From assembly GCF_000150275.1 (NCBI RefSeq), contig NW_002060947.1:1539823-1603822 (forward strand): DNA of 64,000 nucleotides. The letters are read 5' to 3'. The position numbers and the translations under genes are program-made. Origin of the DNA: Trichoplax adhaerens (lineage: Eukaryota; Animalia; Placozoa). Positions 43,703 to 56,478 of this stretch are shown in pieces (position 1 is the stretch's first letter; each line of letters starts with the position of its first letter). The notes under the pieces are model-generated. The model searched no databases. It was not told where the DNA came from and worked only from the letters and a program-made list of their open reading frames with translations.

Positions 43703-46700
43703 CTATGAATCTAACAGTGTTTCCATTCCACGTTGTTCGTCCCATCCACTTTTTGACAAAGCCGTTCTGCATGAATCCTGCAAAATTTGAAACAATTTGT
43801 TGAAGAATTATGGTCCTATTAATGATGAAATAGTTTTAAAATAACTGTATTGGCATACATCAGAAAAACCAGTTTCAGATAACTTTCGGACTTTCTCATG
43901 AAAGTCTTGGGTTTTTATAGGTCGCGCTATGATACAAAGATAGTTATTACAATAATTAGTTAGTTAGTTTCATAGAATGAAAGAAATACGCAGGCTATTC
44001 TAAGAGTTACCTTTTGCATACGCTTCAGACCAGTGTCTAGCAGTCTTCATAAATAAATGAATGTTTTCATTGTACTATTAGGAAGTTGAAATCAAAGATA
44101 TTATGAGGTAATAAATAACATTTCTTCAGCTTCTTAGAAAAAGAGCGAAAGCACACGGTCTTTGTAAAGAATTACTTGTTTAGCGACGACAGCATCTTGT
44201 GGATCGTCCGGTTCTGCAGCGCTTAGTAGTACCTTTTAATAAACGATGCAATTCCCATTAGAATTAATAACGACTACCAATGGTTATCACTAGACGATTT
44301 CCCATAAATCGAAACATTAACGCTGAGATAAGTTATATTACCTGTAATGACATCAATACGGTTCTTAAGGTGAGAGCTGCGGCCCTAAAAGATTATCATT
44401 TATAAAGTATATAGTAATCAACTCGAATAGTTTGAAAGCTGAAAGCTTAGTGATAAAAAAAGGATATTTAGATCAATAAGAGCTTTTTACAATAGAACAC
44501 AGTTCGTATTAAAATATTGCAATGCAAAAAAAGGCAAAATGTAACAGATATATAAAGTCGAACTTAAACAGTGCGATTTAGTTTGTCCTTTATAATTTTG
44601 TCACTAACCAGTTGTCTTTTAAAATATCAAGGCATATGGCACCAGTAACTGAACTAATGTTCGGATGCCATATTCTAGTAATAAATTTCATCTGTATGAA
44701 AAGAAAAAGATTACCAAAATTAATCGTGAATATAAGATTGATATCGCATTTGACGCTTAATGTAATAGTCATACTGTAATAAGTAACAAATCAAAAAAAT
44801 TTCATTAACTAACAGCTAATAGAAAATCTAAAATTGAACGAACAGGCTAAGCTTTGGTCGTACAACGAGTTTGAATTAAATCTCTTTTAATTTATACATA
44901 AGTATACTAAAGTGGTATTTAAAATTCCTCATAATATAACATAGATACTCGCACATTTTCAAAGAGTTGCCCTATTGAATTTCATTCTATTCCTATAATC
45001 TGTTTTTCTATTTAGCACTCTTACCTTTGGGGGGTTAAACGGGTAAGAATCAGGTATTTCAATATCAACAAGAAACTTTCCACCTAATAAATCATAGTAG
45101 CAATTTATATCAATATGCTAATTTTGCTAGGTTGTCACTTTCGATCAGTATGAAATTAAATATATAATTTGCTACTATCGGTATCTTATCCTAGTTAAAA
45201 AATTATTATAAAGTGGGTATAAAAAATATAGTCGATTTATAGATATAAAGATAAATAAAATTTATAAACTCTTTACTAAAACTGTTGTAGCTGAATTTTA
45301 GGTAACTAACGAATTATGAGCTATAGCAAAAGGAAGCACTAAAGGTAATCAACGTATCAACATTTGTGTAGTACTACTAACTATCAACAAAGTACTTTGC
45401 TAAACCAGTTAATGATGTAATCAAATTATTTCTTTCAAGCAATATCATTTTTAATTGCTCTTAAATAAACTTATTTATAGCATGCAATGATCACCATAGT
45501 TAGTTAATATTGCCTTAAAAATTAAATCATTACACAGATATTTCATAAAATTGTAATTAAACTTGTAGTTTCATTTATTCTATGTATAGTAATACAAGAG
45601 ATAGATACGTATGATCTATTTCGTGTAGAATAATCTTTATCGTTTCCAAAAGTATTCCTTTATTAAGCATGCAATAGTAATACGGCAACAAACCTTCGTA
45701 GGGTGTATCTGGAGGACCGGTGATTTCGCCCAACAGCTTTGTAAAATTATTTTCATTTAACATTTTGATACATATGCCGCATCTTTTGGCCTGAAAGATA
45801 TTAAATGTATCGTAAGCTATGACGTGCCACTTAATAAGATTCAGAGTTATGCCTCAACAAAAAACATCAAAATATAATTTTGGTAATTGTAAATTGTCAA
45901 ATATTGTAAAGATTGCGTAGTAATGTCACTTATATTACTACAAAATATCCAAAACAGGTCAAAGGGAAGTAACTTCAATTCGCTGTCAGAGTATATCATG
46001 TCGTTTATATTACCCAAAAACATCCAAATAAGGTCAAAGGGAAGTAACCTTAATTCGTTGTCAGTATATTTACAGCGATAATATTTTAAAACGTAATATC
46101 CAATAGGGAATATAGCATATTATGAAAGATCTCCTTAGTAAAACCAATTACTTGTAGTGAAAATAAGTGGTAGGATCTAGCCATTATCAACTATCTTCAT
46201 TATAAAATGAATTAGCCATACAAGGATTAATACGTTTAGTCATTCATTCAATCATAGATATCCAGTATTATGCGTTGATTGCAAATTAAATAACGAATAT
46301 TAAATAACTTAGTGCATTATATCTAAAATAATTTATTTTTTGGCCTAGCTACAACCCGATCCATTACCGTGAATGAAACGTTATCATTTAATTTTACTAC
46401 CTACAGAACAACTAAACTATAAATTACGTATGTTCAATCATTTCTATTTCAAGATTTTAGATCAGATCCATTGATATTAAATTAATTAATGATACTTTAT
46501 TAGTAAGTCTGTATACAGGATATATGTCTCTTTATTGACTCTCTAATCGTACAGTTTTATATATTTCCATGGTACATCAGTATTACATTATATATTTCAA
46601 TACAGTATAGGTAGGTTTTGATCAATTTCTTTTTCAATAAAGGCATAGTAGCAACGGCTACTGAATCCTTCATTCATCTACAGCTAAAACTAATTCTCAC

Positions 46701-49700
46701 AATTAGGCTTGTGTTAACACATTCGTATGGGATATTTCTCGAAGTTTATCTATGCGATCAATAGAATTAATCGATATCACGCAAGAATTGTAAGATAGAA
46801 ATAATGATGGGATACAATCTTTTTTTATAATTGATTGTAATCTAAGTATTTCTACAAATTTCTAATGTTAGATTTGACTATACACGTAGTACATAAATTC
46901 TTCTAATGGTAGATATTTGTCATCGGCCGTACTATGATTACAAACATTGCCTAACTTTAAACTCTGCATCAGAAGTAAAAAGCGTCATATCAAGGAAGAA
47001 AGAGTGATTAATTGGCTAATAACAATGTTTTTGTCTCCTTCTTTTAAATTTTTTCCCAACTTTAAATATTACAGTCATTCAATTAAGACAGTGTCATTTT
47101 CCATTACAAGATGACTTATCGATACCATACCATTTTGATAATATAATTGATCTGATCGACCCGATCAAAGATGGTTTTACGGTTAGCATGAATGCTAAGT
47201 TACTGTACGCTTATGTAGTTTAATTATTTCTCAGACTTTACTAATAACTAACTCATTATGATGACCAAGCTAATTACTCATGTCTATCAGAGTTTACTAG
47301 AGTAATCAACTGTCATTGGAAAAATGGAGAGGTTACCATTATTGCTTAGTAAGCCATCGATATCTTAAGTATTAACTTGGATTTTAATTCTAATTCTAAC
47401 ATCATTTTTTAAGGTATAATCGTCTACAACGACGATATAATCTCTAGATTTATGTATTCAATAATAAACTTATGTCTTGTAAACGATCCAGCAGCACTAT
47501 AACATGAAGAATTTTTCCAATTTTGCAGTAAACTATCGTGATCCCGACTGATAATACCGTATATACATACATGAGTAACATGATAATTTAAAATCTTTTC
47601 CAGTTCAAAAAGGCACGATAACTCTTTAGGTATTTAATACTCCCGTGTCTAACTTTCATTAATTAATCATAAATAAGCATTTTTATGCTATTATATTTTC
47701 AAAAGAGTCGCGTCTACAGTCTATACTGCCTTTCAAGATGCGGTAGCAAAGTGAAAGTAAACTGCCCATCTTATTTACTGTCATCTCTTGTAATTTCATC
47801 AAGTATGACTATGAAGAAAATAAAACATGCTGACATCATATGCATAGCATAGAGTACTACCGTCGACTTAGCTGCGGTATACTCTATGAAACTAATTTAA
47901 TTCAAGCACTTTATAGGGGTGGGTGGTAGGGGATTTATCTAGTCTTGATAATGAATCAGTGAATAGAAGAGCATTGCGCTGTAATGGAGAATAGAATTCT
48001 TCTCATTGTGAACAAATTGAATCGTATGATATCCAGTGCGACAATTTTGCACCATTTAGGTATATTATGATGTATTTACTGGTTAATGACTTAGCCCCAA
48101 GACCAGTTGTACACAGTTGTCCAAGTATGCCAATGTACTACTATCGTATTGCAATGGAAGTTAAGAAAAGTAAGCTGTATTCAAGATTTTGGAGTAGTCC
48201 CTGGCTTTGCCATCAACAGCTGAAAAAGTATACAACTTGCATTTATTTACTGTCCTAACAAACTCTAATTCTATTTTATGGATTGATCCAATAGGCTAAT
48301 GCAGTCCATTTGGCAACTTTAGTCTACTCGTATTGCCTATAACTGTATTGATAAGCACTATAAAAATTGATTGAACTCAATTAGAAATGAACAAATCATT
48401 GTCGGTCAATTCTGTAATTAAAGGATTACAATATGGACGATGTTGGTAGGACATTTTGAACTCGTGATTGATGCAATCACATCATGTAGGTGATGAATGC
48501 ATTGACTTTACACATTGACCTTGAACATGGTGCTCGAAGCAGTCTATACTACGACTAGTTTGATTTGTTGTCAATGAATCCGAATATTGGATGATTGCAT
48601 TTATTGTCCCAATCCATCAACTCTCTACGGACGCGTCAGTAATGTGTTGACCAGCGAAATACTGATCCATATTGACCACTACAATTGGTGCAGTGGTGTT
48701 ATTTCAGCTATGATCCATCAGGTCGATTTCAATGGACTAGTGGAATGGTACTTTGCAACAAAACATTGATGCAGGCTCTGATCGATCATGTAAAGTAGGG
48801 AGGAAAACAGAGGATTGGATCAGAAGTTGGGAATGGACTAAATGAATATGTCATTATCCTACACAATTTTGGTGGCCTTGACTGTATCCAAGTCTAGCAC
48901 CATGCTGGCCAAGATTCAGTTTGATTTTGAACAAGGTACAGTCTCCTTCTCTTAAAAGCTATTGCAGATGGTTGGACATCTTTGCTGCCATCATCATGAC
49001 TGTACGGTTAAAGTATTAAAGTATCCCACGTCAAGGTCATCATCAACTTGGCTGGTTGTGTCCAGCTTTAGGAATAAAAGTAGTTGTATCGTATCTTCCA
49101 AAAAAAACGGCGAAATGCGACAAATACAAAGCGTGTAAGAAAAACTCTGGAATGGCAAGACTATTGGAATTACATTGACTTGTATGTCTGCCTTCCTCCA
49201 TCCTTGTTCATTTGAGTATTGTAGAATAGACATGGAAATGGATGAGTTGATGTTGCAATGAGGATTGTACGCGTCTACAGTATAGACTCCTATGTATGTT
49301 AGCATATGCAGTACAGTAGGTTATGTGGCTTTGAAGTGAATCATGGTAAAAGTAGGGAACATGGATGTGTAAGTAAGCATTCTTCTGGCTATTGGAATGG
49401 AGATGGTTTTCTAGCATCCACCTTTCATCATTCCTTGTCAGTAAAGGTGGTTGATGGAAACCTTTGTATCGCCATCATTTCAAGGACTGTCCCGATGGCC
49501 AAAGATCAATATAATCTGTATGATAGCATCGGTTGACATTTGGACAAAGGATGTAATGTAGTAGGATAGTATTTTAGGCTGCAGTTGAGTACAATCCGCC
49601 CTGTGATTCTCTATCCATGCTACGTATGGAAAGAGAAGTAGGGTTAAGAGAACGATTCTTTCCAAATGACTACCACTACCACTACCAGTGGTCTGTCTAC

Positions 49701-50162
49701 TCAATGACAACCTAGATGATGTATTATTGGATGAAAAATGGCGATACTATGGATCTATAGAGAGGAAGATTGGATCAATGGTTACAACATCATTGCTATC
49801 AACATCCTCCTGCTATGCTGCTGCCTATCCATTGTAATCCATCTTGAAGGAGATGGGCATTACACTGATTGAAATGGATTTTACTTGTTCTATCTAGGAT
49901 TGATGATGATCGAATGGAGGATGATGTATCCAGTGCAAAATGCTATTGTGGATGAGGCAAAAGCAACCCAACCAACCCTTGCTTACTACAAGCTGTAGAC
50001 AATCAATCATCAGCCAACACCCTACAGCACAATCATCACCAAACAGCCTACAATACAATTCAAGCCTAGTAGATGATTTTGTGCTATTTTCCTACTTACC
50101 TCTTCACTTTTGACTACTTCTGCAAATTCTCGCTTAACTCGAGAAATGGAAATATTAGCCAT
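43703..50162 (-). CDS. UBE2K: Ubiquitin-conjugating enzyme E2 K (E2-25K/HIP2), UBC + C-terminal UBA, 202 aa; exons 50162-50100, 45790-45694, 45083-45025, 44691-44609, 44384-44342, 44232-44176, 44074-44011, 43926-43859, 43777-43703
   Basis: [73 protein letters not shown] (catalytic Cys), [12 protein letters not shown], and a UBA-like tail. All introns are GT-AG and phase-consistent, and the exons total 609 nt. Confidence 0.97.
45940..46065. repeat. Two-copy direct repeat (about 75 bp period) in UBE2K intron 1
   Basis: atccaaa...aggtcaaagggaagtaac.t.aattcg.tgtcag occurs twice. Confidence 0.8.
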
Positions 50163-50396
50163 CGCGTTATCCAGCCAATTTTGGTCGACGTTGTCGTTAC
50201 CCTGATGACAATAAACACCACCAGCAATATCAGACTCTAGTATCATCGCTTCATCAGTCTATTTGCACCCTATGCCAAGCATACTGTCGACAGTCATGGA
50301 GAGTTTGTCCATGACAAAGTGCACTGACAGACGGACAAGGACGCAATCGTGGCGTTCTTGCCGGTAACATTGGAGTCGTGCTTGGTACAGTTGAAG

Positions 50397-51060
50397 TGGA
50401 CAGTATTGTACTGTAGTGTACAATACTGTCCATTGTAGGGTGCAGTGACGTACAGTACTGTACTGATTGTAGCCAGGTACTGTAATCAAACAACCGTCCT
50501 ACACGACTCAACTACTGCGTCTGAACTGCAAGGAGAACTGGTGGATACCAATTGGGACCGTACTAGAGTCAGGAGTTCGTTGGTTGTACAGTACACTGAG
50601 TACAGTACTGTACAGTGTACTGTACATACTGTACTGTACTGTACAGTACAGTGACGTACTGTACAGTACTGTACTGATTGCAACCGCGTACTGTACTAGA
50701 GTCAGGGGTTCGTTGGTTGTAGACTACAGTGACGTGCTGATTGCAACCACGTACTGCAATCAAACAACCGTCCAAAACGACTCAACTGCTGCGGCTGAAC
50801 TGCAAGGGGAGCTGGTGGATACCAGTTGGGACCGTACTAGAGTCAGGAGTTCGTTGGTTGTACAGTACTGTACTGATTGCAATCGCGTACTGTACTAGAG
50901 TCAGGCGTTCGTTGGTTGTACTGTAGACTACAGTGACGTGCTGATTGCAACCACGTACTGCAATCAAACAACCGTCCAAAACGACTCAACTCAAATTACT
51001 GCTGCTGAACTGCAAGGGGAACTCGGTGATATCCATTGGGACCATACTAGCAGTCAGGGG
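50397..51060. promoter_or_regulatory. Repeat-built, palindrome-rich block in the divergent promoter region upstream of UBE2K
   Basis: Perfect 15 bp inverted repeat at 50397-50432. TACAG/TACTG pentamer runs. Modules actagagtcagg.gttcgttggttgta (about 50562, 50696, 50838, 50895), gtgacgt..ctgattgcaacc.cgtactgcaatcaaacaaccgtcc (about 50445, 50729, 50934) and ctgaactgcaagg.ga.ctggtggatacca (about 50521, 50795, 51005). Regulatory role is inferred from position only. Confidence 0.6.
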
Positions 51061-54000
51061 TGGCAGCGAGTGAATATAGACAACTGGACAGTCAACTAAG
51101 AAGTAAAAGCTTCTTGAGAGACATCAGATCATTTTGTGTCCGTAGTAGCAACAGAAAATAACCACCGACTGAAGAGAAAATTGGGCACCTGGAGAATTTT
51201 CTCTACTGTACAGAACGTACCTTTATTATAGTACAAGTCCTGGTTACATTTCGACATGATACTGTACAGTATACCAAGTCATGGACTGCTAGAAAAAGGA
51301 ACCGTAGTCCGTTGCCGACGTACAGTACTATACTGTATGGTAAAGACTCAGTGTCAGTGCAGGGTCAATGGTGTACTCCACTTACTCAGTATACTCAGTC
51401 TACAGTACTGTACTGCACAAATAGCGATGTCGTGATTGACATCGCTTTTCGTTCAAACGTGTCATAGGGTCAACGTTGAGGACGCTACGTACACCATACC
51501 ATACCGGACCCGTACCGGTACCACTAGATATACTGTACAATCAGTGTACATGATATATGTATACTGACTGGATATTAATTATTGGTATTTGGTAGTGGCA
51601 ATTTCCACGTAACAGAGGTCGAGACCTTAATCAAAGGGTCTGTAAATACTCTATAGAGTGTTGCTCAGCAAATTATTGCATAGTGTACAGTGTACACTGG
51701 CTGACGACCAGGTCGTTCGTTGCCTACTGTGCTACCTGGTAAAGTACCTCTATCGACGACTACGTTTTCCACTAGTCCTTGCCGCTTGCCTTTTTAGCTA
51801 GCTCCTAACACGGTTCTGTAGAGAACTGTCATTGAATATCGAAAATCGTTCAAGATTTCATTGTATAATTATTAGAAATCCAAATCAAAATGTCATCGGG
51901 TGTACCTACTGTAGAATTGTATAAGAGAGTGCGCATATTGAGAGGGAAGCCAAGTATCAAATGATAATCTTATAGCATGATCCAGTCAATACCTATTGTA
52001 GCCAAGATCAATGCCCAACGAGTCTGGACGAGAAATAAATGCGCTAAATGGATGATGTGATTAAATCGACTCCAATCAACTATTACGCCTATTTCAGGGT
52101 AGAGACAAATAAAACGGATCAACTAAATTCAATGGATCCAATAAAACTTGTTATGGCAAGGATGACAAGATGAATGATTGTTTTGAGAGTCAATGATGTA
52201 AATAGAATCCAATTCATAGACTAGAAAGGTTGGGTTATTCCATGGAATTTCCACACCTTTCTCTAATCTATCTAAAATTCATCTACTTTAGTTAGAATTA
52301 GGGTAGCTGGTGAATCGGCAATGACTTTCTACAACTAAAATTCATGCAAAATTACAAATTAATCGACGTTAAAACCTTCAAGACTACGTTTATACAATAT
52401 AATATGCTCTAAATGAGGAGGTTGATTTAAAGTAGACGCGTATAACTATGTTGTCCATTTAGAACCGCTTTATTGATTTGAAGGTAGCACAAGCAAGCTT
52501 TCTACAGCATGTAGAATAGGCTCTGAATGAAGCGTTTAATTTACGGCATAGAACTTTGTTGTCCATTTAGCTCAGCTTGATTGCATTGAAGCTAGAATAT
52601 CCCTAGCTACAGGATATTCTAACGCTCAAATCGATGCAATGCTACCAATTTGTAATAGTATGACCCCGTTAGTAGTAAGTTATAGCATAGGCTTTCCTTG
52701 ATTGAATGCTTATTGCAAGTACGTGTATGCCAAAACAACTGAGTATCAAGGTGGTCAAGTTTACTTATATACCTTGACTTGTAAGGCCTATCTTGTAGCA
52801 ACAACACGGCATGATTTTATCTAGGGGATTTTATCTATACATTATATCGACATTCTAGTGCTAATTATTCCTTAGTCTGAGAAATCACACAGATGCAAAT
52901 AATTGCACCCAAGGGTGATACAGTCATGATTCTTAGTATGACAAAACTAATCGACGCCAAAGCTTTCAAGGGCTTTATTCAATGCTATCGCAATCGTGGA
53001 CTTTAGAACATGCATTGGAGGATAATGCGATATAGAATCAATGAGACTTTTGATTGATAGAACTTGGTTGTCTATTTAGTACCGCAGCCACCACTTTACA
53101 TGATCAAAGACAGAATATCCCTAGCTATACGCTTATTAAAACAAAATCAGTAAGGATATTCAAAGGCAACAACAACAATGTATGCTATTATTAGTTGAAA
53201 TACCTACAGTATTGCATTTTATTGTTAATCTTGAAAAAATTTGCAATGCGTTTTCCTACAAATTTGTCGTCGTAATCCCATATCTTATTATATATATATA
53301 TGACACCATTCATTTTTAAAATACCTTTACAAATTGATAATTTAATATTACATTATACCATAAATAGGAATAAAATATCTGGCTATACATCTGCCATGAT
53401 AGCTAATCTTTTCAAGTCTTTCCATGGTCCATTACGAGTATTTCGCTTAGTGACAACATAACGATAGTATAAAATCTCCTTTAGGAAGCAATTCCATCTT
53501 CGCTATGGTAATGCAATCAATCTTAAAATTATATCTAATCCAAATGATCAAAAAAAGATATCCCTTCCAATCGTTAACTAGAAGATATTTCATCCACCCC
53601 TAGTAGTATCAAAGGCCAAAAAACAAGAGTGTACGTAAAATCTCTTTCATGAAGTTAATCCTACTGTTTCAGCTACAGTAGTTTTAGGATAGCTAGACTT
53701 TCCATTTTCGCTGTAGTAAAGCAATCGATCTTAAACTTTTACCCAACCAGGTGATCATGATAGGATACCCCTTTCAATCGTTGACTACAGAAATTACATC
53801 CACCCTTTGGCGTATCAATACATCCAAATTATTCCTCTTCGTCCATTTATGATAGCATTTAACCAAACTATTTAAAATATTGATAGCTTTACTATCGATC
53901 CGATGATGCCAAAAGTATCTAACGACTATTTGCCTATACAGTCCATATTCGTGTAGCAAAGAAATAATTTTAAAATGTTCAAAAATCAAGGGATACCCCG

Positions 54001-56478
54001 ACACCAAATCAAAGTGCTGTTCTTAGAGCTTTAAACCTCCTGCAATTATAATATATAAGTCAACACGAATCTATAATTAATCAATCGATCGACTACTATT
54101 AGCATAGAGATTAATAGCTAAAGTAAAATTAAAACGAACCTTCAATTATATGAACAATCATTTCAAGTGTTAATCACTATCCTTAAACAATAAATACCTA
54201 GGCATTATTTTAATAGTAAATAACTTTGATGAACTAATTGATTAATGCAACAGATTGAAGCCAATATGGTAGTAATACCAAAGTCATTGAATACATCACT
54301 AAGCAGCCTTTACATCAAGAAGTACAACGTCTATCTTACTATTCTGTCTGAATAGAATAAATTTAAATTCAATTAAGTCATGCATGCAAACGCTGTGATT
54401 TATTACGATGAGTCAATAAAAATCATGCAAGCCATTTAAGTTTAATTGGTCGCAATGGATGGTATGCAATATGTTTCTTCTAACGGGCGTCCTTTCCAAT
54501 CAGTCAAGCCCTCGCCAGCTGTCACTAGAATCAGTGTCAACAACTTGAAAACTACAAAATTGTAATCATTATTTTAAGAAGCGGCGCAAGTTGCTTGACT
54601 TTTAGACAAGGTTAAGATGAAAAATTGCAATCAAGACTGAATCACCCAAGTAAGAAATTGAGCCAACCTACACTTCTCCGATTGTACTTCTTCTCAACTT
54701 GTAGGTTTAGTAAGATTTAATAGAGGCTTTAGGATCTAGTAGTGATGATCCTAGTCATTAAACTTAAGTTTTACTTGAAAATCAATTTAATCTCACTGTG
54801 CATCATTTAAATGATTTACTAACATTTTGATTGCATGCTATTATTAGTAGTCAAATGTTAAGCTTAAATAAGAAATTTTCCAAACTCTAGTTTATCCTAT
54901 GTATTTCATTGATAGCAGTTACTTTATTAAATATGCTGCTACCATAAATTAAAGCCATCAATCACTTTTATTTGATCGATAGCTTATCCTTTTCGTTGCA
55001 TTCTCTCCTACTTAATCGTTCGATATCCCCAAATTTTGTTAACCTCTATAATATCTTTATATCAAAAAAGTTTTAAACTTTTCTGTTAGCTACAGTATAA
55101 ATCAATGATATGGTAGTATGGCGGAAGCTTTTCCTATTTAGTAAATCTCCTCCGCCTAATAGCTTAGTCCAGTTAATTGATAGTGATAACAATCAAGTCC
55201 CCCAAAAATCTTGCTAATAACATAACTGTATCTAACTAATCGAAAAACTGCTTCACATGATAGAAATAACTAAGAATGATTATATTCTATCGTCTTTATG
55301 GTATCGAAATTGATTAAACTTTCTGTATTCATAATTCTTAGCTTAGTGCAGTAGAAAAATATCATTTTTTTAACAAAAACAGGAGCATATTTTAGGTCTG
55401 ATACACTACATAGCATCCAATTTTATTGAACGCAATAGTTTGCAGATCCAATCATGTTGAAAAATGTAAAAGAATTAATGCAGATGCTACTAGTATATTG
55501 ATCATACTGAAACGTAGCGACATTGGGGAGTTGATCTTCATTACTGAGATGCTGTATAGCAGCTTTCTTTAACACCTTACAACATCCAATGAAAGATATC
55601 GTATGGTTTAAGATATCCACCAGATAGGCCAAGACTTTTACCGTATATATCACAAAGTAAATCATCCACCAAAGCTAATCTTTACTTTTGCAAATAATAA
55701 TCTAATGGTGGTTTAAATTAAATTATACTAAAATTCAATAAATTATACATAGGAAATTATTGGAACAAGATAACAACGGATAAAATACTTTCAACGAAGT
55801 ATTAATATTCATCAAGAGTATCTTGTATTATCATTTAAGAACCATAGAGGCAATAGAAGAAAAATTCTTAATTCCGTTAAAAGCTTTCCAAACCTAATGA
55901 TAGTAACGTAATACCTAAAGTGTTATAGAAGTATTCACGGCAACGTTAACTTGCGTACTTTAGTAAATATTTAGATAGATAGAAATCAATCTCTACTCCG
56001 TGTAACTTATAGCTCAATCATAGACTAAAAATAGCCTTAAATTAAACAAAACCAATATTACTCATACCCTTATATACGTCAAGTAACATATTAATCTAGT
56101 AACACCTAGAATCTTGGATAATTCCTCGCCAAAGAAAATACGTTTATGTCTGATTATAAATTATCATGTAAATCCAGTCGATCATCATTAGTAATTAATA
56201 GGTTTTGGGTATATAAGCAATTTTTTCATACTGGAAATTGCAATAACTTTAGGATATTAATATATTCGTTGTAGGACTACTTAAAATGCGGTAGTTTTGT
56301 TTTCCAAAAAAGTTAACTTTGGCATATAAGTAACTTTTTTTTAAATAGAAATAGCGACGATCTTCGAGGATATTAATACGTGTCTATCCGCTGTAGGACT
56401 GATTTGAAATCATTTTGGCTATTTTCTACTCTCTGCTTTAGATATTCCATTCGCATTGAACACAATTATTGAGTCATT

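Noticed and set aside
48067-49710. Short ORFs in UBE2K intron 1 as a nested gene
   Set aside because: No consistent splice chain or recognisable protein; explained by locally higher GC.
50254-50979. Cluster of overlapping ORFs rich in YSTVQ/TVLYC
   Set aside because: These are translations of the TACAG/TACTG repeat on both strands, with no coding signature.
50433-51060. CRISPR-like appearance of conserved blocks with variable gaps
   Set aside because: Eukaryotic context, the gaps are themselves repeated or low complexity, spacing is irregular, and there are no cas genes.
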